Shown: positions 36,538 through 45,311 of the stretch, one piece after another
Position numbering within the stretch: position 1 is the stretch's first letter
Layout of the letters: each line of letters begins with the position of its first letter
Assembly (NCBI GenBank): GCA_044230345.1
Contig: JBGARF010000040.1
Coordinates: 409 to 64,408 of the forward strand
Length of the DNA stretch: 64,000 nucleotides
Source: Limisphaerales bacterium
Lineage (GTDB): Bacteria; Verrucomicrobiota; Verrucomicrobiia; Limisphaerales; JADJPG01
Direction: 5' to 3'
The notes under the pieces: generated by a model
What the model saw: only the letters and a program-made list of their open reading frames with translations
Told to the model about the DNA's origin: nothing
Database searches by the model: none
Program-made: the position numbers and the translations under genes

Positions 36538-37797
36538 TCATGGGCGATCCTGGTTCGGCGAGCGTGGTTTTACCGTCGCGTCGCCGTCCGGTTTCGGGAG
36601 TCGTTCGCGCGAGGCGCGGTCAATCCAGGTGCCGCGATAGTCGTTGGTGAGTTTCTCGAAGGCGGCGATGGCTTCGCGGGTCTTGCCGGCGCGCTCCAGC
36701 GCAGCGGCCTGTTTGAACTCCTCCTCGCCCACGGTCAGCATGCGGCTCATAATTCGCCCGGCGTCCTGGCTGGTGATCGCAATGGGCACTTTGTCCGGCA
36801 CGGGCGGGTGCGGCTCGGTGAGCGGGGCAAACGCCGCTGGATTGCGCTCGCGGAACAGGCGGGCGCGCATGTCACGCTGCCAGTTGCTGGAATCGCCGCC
36901 TTCGCGGCCGCCATGCGGGTCAATGTCCGCAATGGCCAGTCCGTCCCGGCCTTTGGCTTCGGCCAGGATTTTGCCCTGGGGCGAGATGATCATGGCGCCG
37001 TGGCCGCGATGGGCGACAACCAGGTAAACGAAGTTTTCCACCGCGCGCACGCGCAGCGCCTGCACGCCGATGTCTCCGTCCCCGATGGCCGCCCCGCCCA
37101 TGGTGGGGAAGAAAATGATGTCCGCGCCCTGCAAGGCCAGAGCGCGCGCCGTTTCCGGCATGACGAGGTCGTAGCAGATCAGCATCCCTGCCGTGCCGAG
37201 GTCCGGCGTGGGAAACACCGGGAACGAACTGCCTCGCTGGCGCGCGCCTGCCTCGGCCCACGTCGGGCACACCTTGTGATAGCGGCCGATCTCCCGCCCG
37301 TCGCGCCCGAGCAGGAAGGCGGTATTGTAGATCGCGCCATCGCTCTCCGTGAAATCGCTGCACACGACGAGGTACATTCTGTGACGGGCAGCGGCGGAGC
37401 CGAGGCGCTCGATCATTCGCTTCACCGCCTTCGGCAAGACGTCCTTCGCTGCCGCCTCATTCGCTCCCACCCAGTTCAACAGACCAGGCGTGTCCTCGGG
37501 CAGGGCGAGCACGTCGCACCTTTCGCGGCCCGCGCGTTCGATGATCCGTTCCAGTTCCCTGAGGTTCTTCTCCACCGCCGCCAGCGCGTTGGAGGGGGAG
37601 AGGCGGAAGTCGATCACCCTGCCATCGGCCTGCGCGGCCGCGACACGGATGGTGCGGGGTTTCCGTTCCTGGTTGGCATCTTTGGCATCCTCCGAACTTG
37701 CGCACTGCACCGAACTGGCGGCCGCCATCAACAACACACCCACGATCAGGCCGCGCCACACGCTGGTCGGCCGGCGGTGAATCAATTTCGTCTTCAT
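36538..37797 (-). CDS. Secreted carbon-nitrogen hydrolase
   Basis: Signal peptide from ATG 37797. Triad motifs LPED, YHK and ICYD, plus a helical C-terminal extension. Confidence 0.85.
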   Translation of the reverse strand: MKTKLIHRRPTSVWRGLIVGVLLMAAASSVQCASSEDAKDANQERKPRTIRVAAAQADGRVIDFRLSPSNALAAVEKNLRELERIIERAGRERCDVLALPEDTPGLLNWVGANEAAAKDVLPKAVKRMIERLGSAAARHRMYLVVCSDFTESDGAIYNTAFLLGRDGREIGRYHKVCPTWAEAGARQRGSSFPVFPTPDLGTAGMLICYDLVMPETARALALQGADIIFFPTMGGAAIGDGDIGVQALRVRAVENFVYLVVAHRGHGAMIISPQGKILAEAKGRDGLAIADIDPHGGREGGDSSNWQRDMRARLFRERNPAAFAPLTEPHPPVPDKVPIAITSQDAGRIMSRMLTVGEEEFKQAAALERAGKTREAIAAFEKLTNDYRGTWIDRASRERLPKPDGDATVKPRSPNQDRP

Positions 37798-37895
37798 ACA
37801 TCTATCTGGTTTATTCTCGGCCTCTGCAAAATTGTCGCATGCGATTACCGTCCCAGTTCGATCCTGGCCTGTGCGCCCGCCAACGTCGTGGCGAT

Positions 37896-39227
37896 TTAGC
37901 AGACGAGATTGCCATCGATCAACGCCGCCACTGCCGGGACTTTCTCGCCATCGACCTTCACGGTGCGTGGTGCTTCGCCTTTCCAGCCAATCACTTTGAA
38001 GGCAGGCGCGTATCCCGCCCCCGCCCCGCGTTCGTAGGTGAACGACAACGGCCCCGGTCCCTTGAGCACATGGCACGCTTCGGATTCGTTGAAGCCGTCT
38101 TTGTTGAAGTCGCCGGCATCGTCTTTCAGCAACTCCGCTCCGTTGATCTTCGCCGGAGAGCGATACTGCGCCGCAAACGGCAGGGCGTCCTTCGCGGCGT
38201 GCAACGGCGGGAGCAGGTCGTGCCCCGATGTGCCCATCTGGATCAGGCAGGCCCATGTGGAATCGTAACCGGCGTTCATCACCACCCGGTCCGATCCGTA
38301 GCCGAAGCGGTCCCAGTTGACGGAGCGTCCATTGTGCCGCATGTGGCGGTCGAAGATCGTGTGCGACTCGATGGGAATTGTCAGCATCAACGTGGTCTTC
38401 AGTTTGGCGCTGGCCGCCAACACCAACTCCTCCGATGGCGTGAACGCCCCATCCTCGGCTGCTTCCACCCTGGGCGTGCTGAATATGAAGGCGGGATCGG
38501 CGTCGGGGTTCTTGTCGGACGCAGGAAGATGAAGGTGGGGGCCATACTCGACAGACCACTGGAACCGGCGATCCAGCCTTCGCACGCGCGCCTGCGCTGC
38601 GATCTGCCCCGACGGGTAGAACGTGTAATGAGCCGTCATCGGCATGTGCTTGTCCACGTACCGGGACCAGAAGGTGAACCACGACTGGGCGCGGACGCGG
38701 ACGCGCGCAGCGGACTTTTCGACGATATCCAATTCGCCTTCGGCCTGGAGTTTTTTGCAGTCAGACGGCGGCGTAGGCCAGAAGCGGCAACCGTAGTTGT
38801 TGTTCTCGGAGTCACCCTTGCTGACGTCCGGTTTGACGTCCTTCGGCAACGGCGCCCCGTGCCAGCCGACCTCGAACAGTCCCCAGGGCGTGCCCAGGTT
38901 TCGTTTCGCTTCGGGATCGCTGGCGAGATCGTAGAACTCGTTGATGCCCCCGCCGGACGCCTGCCAGACGACGGCCTTGTAGATGCCGGGCGAGATCACG
39001 GTAATTTTCCGGTCCGGCGACTGCCCCGATTCCTCGACCGTCAATTCACCAGCCTGGGCGGCACTCGACAGCCAGCAAACCAGCATTCCCGCGAGAATCT
39101 GCCGTGAACCTTCGGGAGGTGCCTTTCGGAAGCGGGTGGATGGTGGCCGTTCGATTCTTGGTGTGGATGGTTTCATTGAGTGTTGAGCCGCAGTCCGGCG
39201 GGTGTGGCAGTAAACGCGCGTTTTCAT
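37896..39227 (-). CDS. Secreted hypothetical protein (possible premature stop near the C-terminus)
   Basis: ATGA-coupled to the upstream gene, with a hydrophobic leader. The frame stays open for 16 codons after TAA 37896-37898, up to a second TAA at 37845-37847. Confidence 0.65.
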   Translation of the reverse strand: MKTRVYCHTRRTAAQHSMKPSTPRIERPPSTRFRKAPPEGSRQILAGMLVCWLSSAAQAGELTVEESGQSPDRKITVISPGIYKAVVWQASGGGINEFYDLASDPEAKRNLGTPWGLFEVGWHGAPLPKDVKPDVSKGDSENNNYGCRFWPTPPSDCKKLQAEGELDIVEKSAARVRVRAQSWFTFWSRYVDKHMPMTAHYTFYPSGQIAAQARVRRLDRRFQWSVEYGPHLHLPASDKNPDADPAFIFSTPRVEAAEDGAFTPSEELVLAASAKLKTTLMLTIPIESHTIFDRHMRHNGRSVNWDRFGYGSDRVVMNAGYDSTWACLIQMGTSGHDLLPPLHAAKDALPFAAQYRSPAKINGAELLKDDAGDFNKDGFNESEACHVLKGPGPLSFTYERGAGAGYAPAFKVIGWKGEAPRTVKVDGEKVPAVAALIDGNLVC

Positions 39228-41797
39228 TGGTTCGAACTCAAGAACGCCAGCAGATCGCGCAGCTCGCCATCCGTGAGCGCGTCCACCAGCCCGGCCGGCA
39301 TGAGCGAGGTTTTTAACTCGGCGCGCTCCACGATGTCAGCCTTTTGGAAAACTCGTTCCTTGCCGGTGAGGTCCCGGAAAATTTCGTTGTCGGATGACCG
39401 CAGCAGGATGCCGGTGAACTCCGTGCCGTCCCGAAGCTCCAGCCGGGTGGGATAGAATTCCGGCGCGATTTCCCCATCCGGTTCGAGGATCGAGCGCAGG
39501 AGTGCAGTCGAGTCGGCTTGCCGGCCGATGAGGCTGAGATCCGGACCCACCACGTTGCCGCGACCGTTGTGACGATGGCAGGAGGCACACCCGGCCACGA
39601 GCGAATGAAGGAAGATGCGCCGTCCGGCTTCGACGTCCGGTTTGCCAGGCGCCGCGGCAAGACGTTTCAGCCAGGCGGCGGTGTCGTCGAAGCCAGGGCG
39701 GCCCGCGCGGATCGAGGCCGGGTCGAACACGGCCTTCACCAACGGGCCGGCTTCCGGATGGCGTCGGGCCACGTCCTTCAGTGATTGCCGCGCCGCCGCG
39801 TCGAGGGGCGAGTTGCGCAGCGCGCGCAGGGATTCGTCGCGCAGGGCCGCGCTGTTGTTCGTGGCGAGTCGCAGCAGCAGCGCGCGATGCGCTGCTGTGG
39901 ACGAGGCGGCGAGTCCGGCGATGGCTTCGGCTCGCAGGTCGGCGGGGTGGGTTTCCGAGGCGGCGATCTCCGCCAGCAATGCGCTGGCATCGTCACCAAG
40001 GCGCGCGGCCAGGGTGCGCACGGCTTCGAGCGGGAGAACGGGATCGTCCGCCACGAGAAGTTTGCGGAGCATCGGCACGGTGAGCTTCGGGTGAGTCGCT
40101 GGCGCGAGCCGCAGCGCGTAGCCCTTCAGGCGCGCGGGAGTCGCCGCATCCGTGACGCGCCCCACCAGCACTTCCGCATCCGTGATGCCCGCGCCGGGTT
40201 GGCCGCGCAGGGTGTTCCAGGTCGCGAGCACGGCTTCGAACAGCCGGTAGTCGAGGTCCGGCTGGGTCAGCATCCGCTCGACATCGGCGCTGAAATTGGT
40301 GAGCACGGCATCGGCGATCCAGCGCAGGCACTCGAAGCGCACTTCGGGATCAGGGTCCTTGATCAGCAGCCGCACCCATTTCGTTTCGTTCAGATTCACG
40401 CGCCGCAACGCCACCAGCGCCCACACGCGGTCCTGGTCAGCCAGCGAACGCACCGACTGCGGTGTCCAGGACGCGCTTTCCCGCGCGAGCGCGGTCAGCG
40501 CCGCGTCTGACAAATACGCATCCCGGCCCCGCGCGTGTTCGAAGAGTTGAGCGAGGTTCAACCGGGCGCGGCCTTCGCGGAGATCCTTCGCCAGACGAGC
40601 GGCCTCGTTCATCGGCTCCACCGCTGATTTGATCCATGCGGCCTTCGCTGGATCGATCTCCAACTTCCACAAGCGTCCGCGGCCGTGCACCTCGTACGCG
40701 CTGAACACCCAGTCGGTGAGACAGAACGAGCCATCCGGTCCTGGCGCGATGCAAACGGGCCTGAAATAGTCGCTGCCGCGAAGCAGTTCCACGCGCTGAG
40801 CGGCGTAGCCCGCGCCCTGGCGCGCGAGTGGGAAGTAATCGAGGCAGTGACTGCTCCACGACGGCACCAGCACACCGCCCCCCAGTTCGACGACGGCGCT
40901 GGGGCCCTCGCCCGACGGGTGAATCATCCCCAACGTGCCGCGCAATTCGCCATTCCACGCGACAAAGGGATGCACCGCCGCCTCGCCATACACTCTCTGA
41001 AAACCGTAATCCGCGCCTTCGATGATGGTCAGCAGGCGGCACGGCGGACGGCTGCCGGGATCATTGTCCACGGCGAAGATCTCCCCCGTTCTCTGAACCA
41101 GCAGGCCGAAGGGATTCCAGAACCCGCGCGCGATGCGGCGCAGCCCGGCGCCGTCCGCGCGACAGCGAAACACCGCGCCCTCGCCGCGACCGGCGAGCGA
41201 GAGACGATCCTTCCCCGTGAGCGTCCAGTCCTTCCCGGCGTTTGAGCCGATTGAAAACACCAGTCCGCCATCGGGATGCCACGCCAGGCCAGCGAGGCCA
41301 TTGTGCGGATAATCCGCCACCGTGTCGAGCGTCGCGAGGTTTTCCTCCACGTCACCCGCGCCATCGCCATCCGTGTCCTTGACGCGCAGGATGCGGCTGC
41401 GCTCCGCCAGATAGACCCAGCCATCAGGGCCAAGCTTCAGTTGCATCGTCGCATCGGTCCGTTGATAGAAAACACGCCGGTTCTTCCCGTGGCGATCGAA
41501 CACCAGAATCTCGTCATGTTTCGGCCCCGTGTAGCCGGTCGGACGGAAGTGCGTGTGGCACGCGACCAGCCAGATGTTCCCCTGTGCGTCCGCATCGAGG
41601 CCCGTCGGCGTCGCCAGGTCCGGGTGCTCGGCCAGCAGGGTCAGTTTCACTCCCGGTTGCAAAATCTGGATCTGCGGCGGGATTTCAGCCGGCACCACGG
41701 GCAGCGCCGGCGCGGCATGCAAGCAAGCAACTACGGAAACCACGACTGACCACGAATAAACACGAATGAGATCGCGTAGGCAGCGCCTTGCGGTCAT
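39224..41797 (-). CDS. PVC-type heme-binding dehydrogenase
   Basis: YPHNG, GFWNPF, DNDPGSRPP, FRPV, HEAT repeats, CASCH and SLMPAGL. Confidence 0.88.
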   Translation of the reverse strand: MTARRCLRDLIRVYSWSVVVSVVACLHAAPALPVVPAEIPPQIQILQPGVKLTLLAEHPDLATPTGLDADAQGNIWLVACHTHFRPTGYTGPKHDEILVFDRHGKNRRVFYQRTDATMQLKLGPDGWVYLAERSRILRVKDTDGDGAGDVEENLATLDTVADYPHNGLAGLAWHPDGGLVFSIGSNAGKDWTLTGKDRLSLAGRGEGAVFRCRADGAGLRRIARGFWNPFGLLVQRTGEIFAVDNDPGSRPPCRLLTIIEGADYGFQRVYGEAAVHPFVAWNGELRGTLGMIHPSGEGPSAVVELGGGVLVPSWSSHCLDYFPLARQGAGYAAQRVELLRGSDYFRPVCIAPGPDGSFCLTDWVFSAYEVHGRGRLWKLEIDPAKAAWIKSAVEPMNEAARLAKDLREGRARLNLAQLFEHARGRDAYLSDAALTALARESASWTPQSVRSLADQDRVWALVALRRVNLNETKWVRLLIKDPDPEVRFECLRWIADAVLTNFSADVERMLTQPDLDYRLFEAVLATWNTLRGQPGAGITDAEVLVGRVTDAATPARLKGYALRLAPATHPKLTVPMLRKLLVADDPVLPLEAVRTLAARLGDDASALLAEIAASETHPADLRAEAIAGLAASSTAAHRALLLRLATNNSAALRDESLRALRNSPLDAAARQSLKDVARRHPEAGPLVKAVFDPASIRAGRPGFDDTAAWLKRLAAAPGKPDVEAGRRIFLHSLVAGCASCHRHNGRGNVVGPDLSLIGRQADSTALLRSILEPDGEIAPEFYPTRLELRDGTEFTGILLRSSDNEIFRDLTGKERVFQKADIVERAELKTSLMPAGLVDALTDGELRDLLAFLSSNQ

Positions 41798-41890
41798 GTC
41801 GCCGCCCTCACTGTTTGGTGAGTCCACCAGCCCAACCAGGACCGGTGGGAAACCCGTCCGAATTCCTGTTCATTCGTGTCCATTCGTGCT
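41741..41890. repeat. Inverted pair of 3 x 10-bp CACGAAT-type tandem arrays (REP-like)
   Basis: CACGACTGAC CACGAATAAA CACGAATGAG (41741-41770) faces AATTCCTGTT CATTCGTGTC CATTCGTGCT (41861-41890). Confidence 0.75.
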
Positions 41891-41916
41891 TAGAAACTGA
41901 AGTGTCAGTGCTTCCG

Positions 41917-44900
41917 TCACATTGTCAGGGCGCTGGATGCTCCGTGCTCATCCCCACAGTCTCTGCAACTGCGCTTTCTCCGCCGTTCCCAGCGCTTGCG
42001 GGCGAGACGTTCCCATTGTTTCACCAGCGCCGCATGATCGCCGCGGTCGAACACGATGAGCCCTTCTTGCGCTGCCTGGGCGCCGGGCTCAAGGCTGGCT
42101 ATTGGCTTCGGCTCGCTGTGGATGCAGCGGAGGATTGGGTCGTTGTTGTTGAAGAGGTGTTGGTAGTCCCGCTGCCCGATGCCGACCGCTCCCTTGCCGC
42201 CGAACGCCTCGGCAATGATCAGCGGATGGTGGGCCTCCTCGAGCAGTTCGGCGGAGGGGAAGATTGAGCTTGGAATCACGACCCGGGCCGGCCGAAGCCC
42301 TTGGCGGCAGAATTTGACACGACGCGGGTCTGGCGACGCTAGGCGTCCCACCTGATCAGTCGTCCTCCACTCCCCGTCGAGTTTCGCCCAGATGCGCTCG
42401 CCGAAGGCCGAGATGAACTGGGGAGCATCCACCATGTGAAAGCATGACTGTGTCGTCAACTCGCGCAATGGCGCGCCTGACGTGTTGTGGAAGGTGTGCG
42501 AGAGCCACAGGGCGTTGTTCTCCGCATCCGGAGTCAGCGTCGAGACCAGCTCGAAGCGCCCGATCCGCATCCGCGAGGTGAGCCTGCCTTTGAGTTCAGT
42601 CGTCCATCGCTGGGTGCGCTCGCCCCCTGTGAAGTTGCTCCACACGTTCGTGCCATCCTCGTACACCGTCTCGGGCAGCCAGAGGCAGAACCAGTTGCCG
42701 GGCCAGTCGCGATGCTCGATCGTCAGCGTGGTGACCGGGCGGGTCCGGTGGAGGTCGTAGGCGCGGTCCACCGAGCGGATCGTGAACACGCCGTCCCGGT
42801 GAAGAACTGGATGCGCCCGCAGCGGGCCGCCGACCGGCGAATTCGAAGATTGCGCCTTCGCCTCCCCGAAGACCGCCACTCCGAGCGAATCCAGAACCTC
42901 CCGTTCCACCGAATCCAGATTTTCCAACAAGCTCTTTGACCGCAGGTCGAAGCCCGCGTAGGTGTGGAAGACCCAACCTGCCGCGCCAGCCGCGACCGCC
43001 TCTCTGGCCGCCTGGATGAACTGCGCCCTGGGCGGTTTGCTCCAGGTGCCCCAGCCGCGGCGCTGTTCCTCCTGGAGATAGACCGGCACGACTCGCTGCG
43101 CCGAGCGGATCGCTTCCTTGACCGCCTTAACCCGATCATCGGTCCGATCGTACCAGTCCTCGTTGCGTTGGAAATGCGGAGTCACGACCATCACACCCGC
43201 TGCCAGTTCCTCGCGAATGTTCTGCGCGTTGGGCAAATGGTCTCCGCCGCTGGAGACCGTGACGATTGCGGCGGGATGCTCGGCCAACACGGCCCGAATG
43301 AGCGTCGCCACTTCGTCATGCGTGAGCGTCGTGGTTTCCCCATGATAGGCGACGTCATGCTCGTTGCACACGTCGAAGAACACGTTCGGCTCGTTCTTGA
43401 GCAGTCGGACCGCGTTGCGGACGGCCCGTTCGCGGCTCGGCATGTCGAGCGTTTTGCTCGTCGGGTTGGCCGCATCATAAATGGCCGTGAGGATCGTCAC
43501 GTCCACCATAATCCCTCGTGCGGCGCACGCGCGGACCAGGTCGAGCAACTTCTCGGCAGACTTGAGGCTGCCATCCGGATTGAGGAACCCGCGCGGGGCG
43601 AGCGGCGAAGGGTTGTTGTCTTTGATGGCGAGGATCGACCAATCCAGAAAGATTCGGATCAGGTTGAATCGCCGGGCCTGGAGCGCGTCGAGGTCTGCAT
43701 CGCTCCACCCCAAGGCGTCAAAGTAGCTCACGCCTAGGAGAAAGGTCGGCTTCCCGCCAATTGTGAACTTGTCTGCGAATATCCCCAGCTTTGGCGTCGG
43801 CGTGGCGTTTGACGCTGCTTCTGATTTGGCGTTCGCGCCCTTGAGATAAAGAACGGCTGGCCCGGAGAAGGGCGGGGTGAAAGCCTGGTTTCCGCCGGCG
43901 GTTTTGACGGACCCCGTGGATGCGACCGAACCTTTCGCCGGGTCGAACCACTCGAAGGCATGGTTCCCGGTTGCCAGGTTCACCGAGAATTCTCCGGACC
44001 CGGGCTGGTAAACCAAATACTCATGGCCGGGGTTGGCGAGGCAATACCTGGTCGAGGCGAGATCCGGAGCGGGCGTCATCTTTGCCAGGTCAATCCGCAT
44101 GGCCAGTCCGCGCGTTGTGCCCAGGGCCCGCCGCGCTCCTTCCCACTGATCCGGCCGGCCCTTGCCGAGAATGTCGTGCTCGTAAGGATCCATGAAGAGC
44201 GGGTTGTGTCCGCGCAGGAAACTTTTCCACACCCACGCCGCGTCCCCGCCAACGCCCCACAAGTGATCCGTGTCGAGCAGGACGACCTTTGCGCCATCGC
44301 TCGCGGGCGGATTGTTCTTGTAGTCGAACCTGTCGGGATTCGGCGAAATCCAGTCCGCCGGTCCGCGGCGCAGGATCTCGGAGTCGTCTCCACCACCGCC
44401 GCCTTGCGAGGTCATGCCCACCGGATGCCGCCTGCCTTTCTTCGCCTCCTCATTCTTGATGAAACGAATCATGTGATATTGCCAGTCCTTCGTGCTGCTG
44501 GCGGGGTTGAGGAGACGAGCCTCGTTGGAAACTTCGTACAGGACGTTGTCCAGATCGTTCACGGTGTCGATGACCTTGCGCACGTAGGCCTCCTGCGCGG
44601 CGGTGATCCTGGGAATCGTCAACGTCTGAATCTCCAGACCCCTGCCATCTCCGTTCGGGTCGCCGTTGATCCCTTGCACGTTGTTCTCCCGGCGGAAGGG
44701 GTGGCCCCGCCAGGAAGTGGGATCGAAGCTCAGCGCCCAACCTTCGAACAGCATCACGGAGACGTAAATCCCCCGCCGCCCGGCGGCCTGAACGCGGGAT
44801 CTCAACCGCTCGAAGTACGCCGGGTCGAACTGTTCGAGATTGAACTTCGGCTTGCCATCGGGCGCCTGGCCGGGGCCGGTGCGCCGCCAGGGCTGGGGCG

Positions 44901-45285
44901 CGACGTGATAGATCGCTCCCTCCTCCACCCATTCCAGCGCGGAACGGGTGTCCCACAGTGCCGAGTCCCAGGCCCACAGGCGGATGAAGTTGTGGCCGTG
45001 GCGTTCGAGGAAATCGAGGTAGGCGTCGAAGTCGAACGCCTTGGGCGGGTCATCGCGTCCGATGTCCCGCCGGTTGTTCCAGGTGTGCGAGCCGGTCAGA
45101 TAGACGGCCCGCAGGGAGCCGTCCGGACTCCTGGCGCCGTCCGTGAAATAGCGCGGGTTCGTCGGATGCACGCGGAGCGGCCCCCTGGCCTGATCTCCCG
45201 CGGGCTGCTGGCCCGCGGCCACCGTCGAAACCAGCCATAGCGCGCCGAACAATGTTTTCAAAACGGAATTCAAGATTGAGTTCAT
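41917..45285 (-). CDS. Multimodular secreted glycoside-hydrolase-like protein (two GH-A-like domains plus an unknown C-terminal module)
   Basis: Module 1 has GSHTW, EVSNE and DTDHLWG plus a collagen-binding-like domain (EWFDP). Module 2 has DVCNEH and YLQEE. Module 3 has CIHSEP. Confidence 0.75.
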   Translation of the reverse strand: MNSILNSVLKTLFGALWLVSTVAAGQQPAGDQARGPLRVHPTNPRYFTDGARSPDGSLRAVYLTGSHTWNNRRDIGRDDPPKAFDFDAYLDFLERHGHNFIRLWAWDSALWDTRSALEWVEEGAIYHVAPQPWRRTGPGQAPDGKPKFNLEQFDPAYFERLRSRVQAAGRRGIYVSVMLFEGWALSFDPTSWRGHPFRRENNVQGINGDPNGDGRGLEIQTLTIPRITAAQEAYVRKVIDTVNDLDNVLYEVSNEARLLNPASSTKDWQYHMIRFIKNEEAKKGRRHPVGMTSQGGGGGDDSEILRRGPADWISPNPDRFDYKNNPPASDGAKVVLLDTDHLWGVGGDAAWVWKSFLRGHNPLFMDPYEHDILGKGRPDQWEGARRALGTTRGLAMRIDLAKMTPAPDLASTRYCLANPGHEYLVYQPGSGEFSVNLATGNHAFEWFDPAKGSVASTGSVKTAGGNQAFTPPFSGPAVLYLKGANAKSEAASNATPTPKLGIFADKFTIGGKPTFLLGVSYFDALGWSDADLDALQARRFNLIRIFLDWSILAIKDNNPSPLAPRGFLNPDGSLKSAEKLLDLVRACAARGIMVDVTILTAIYDAANPTSKTLDMPSRERAVRNAVRLLKNEPNVFFDVCNEHDVAYHGETTTLTHDEVATLIRAVLAEHPAAIVTVSSGGDHLPNAQNIREELAAGVMVVTPHFQRNEDWYDRTDDRVKAVKEAIRSAQRVVPVYLQEEQRRGWGTWSKPPRAQFIQAAREAVAAGAAGWVFHTYAGFDLRSKSLLENLDSVEREVLDSLGVAVFGEAKAQSSNSPVGGPLRAHPVLHRDGVFTIRSVDRAYDLHRTRPVTTLTIEHRDWPGNWFCLWLPETVYEDGTNVWSNFTGGERTQRWTTELKGRLTSRMRIGRFELVSTLTPDAENNALWLSHTFHNTSGAPLRELTTQSCFHMVDAPQFISAFGERIWAKLDGEWRTTDQVGRLASPDPRRVKFCRQGLRPARVVIPSSIFPSAELLEEAHHPLIIAEAFGGKGAVGIGQRDYQHLFNNNDPILRCIHSEPKPIASLEPGAQAAQEGLIVFDRGDHAALVKQWERLARKRWERRRKRSCRDCGDEHGASSALTM

Positions 45286-45311
45286 GGCGGTTTGCTTTCG
45301 ATGGAGTGGAA

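Noticed and set aside
36538-38682. 714-aa ORF in the track
   Set aside because: The first ~295 codons overlap the 37896-39227 gene in another frame and look non-coding. The real C-N hydrolase starts at ATG 37797 with a signal peptide.
41741-41890. CRISPR or mini-array
   Set aside because: The units are 10-bp tandem repeats without spacers, in inverted arrangement, and there are no cas genes. No CRISPR, tRNA or rRNA was recognised anywhere in the window.
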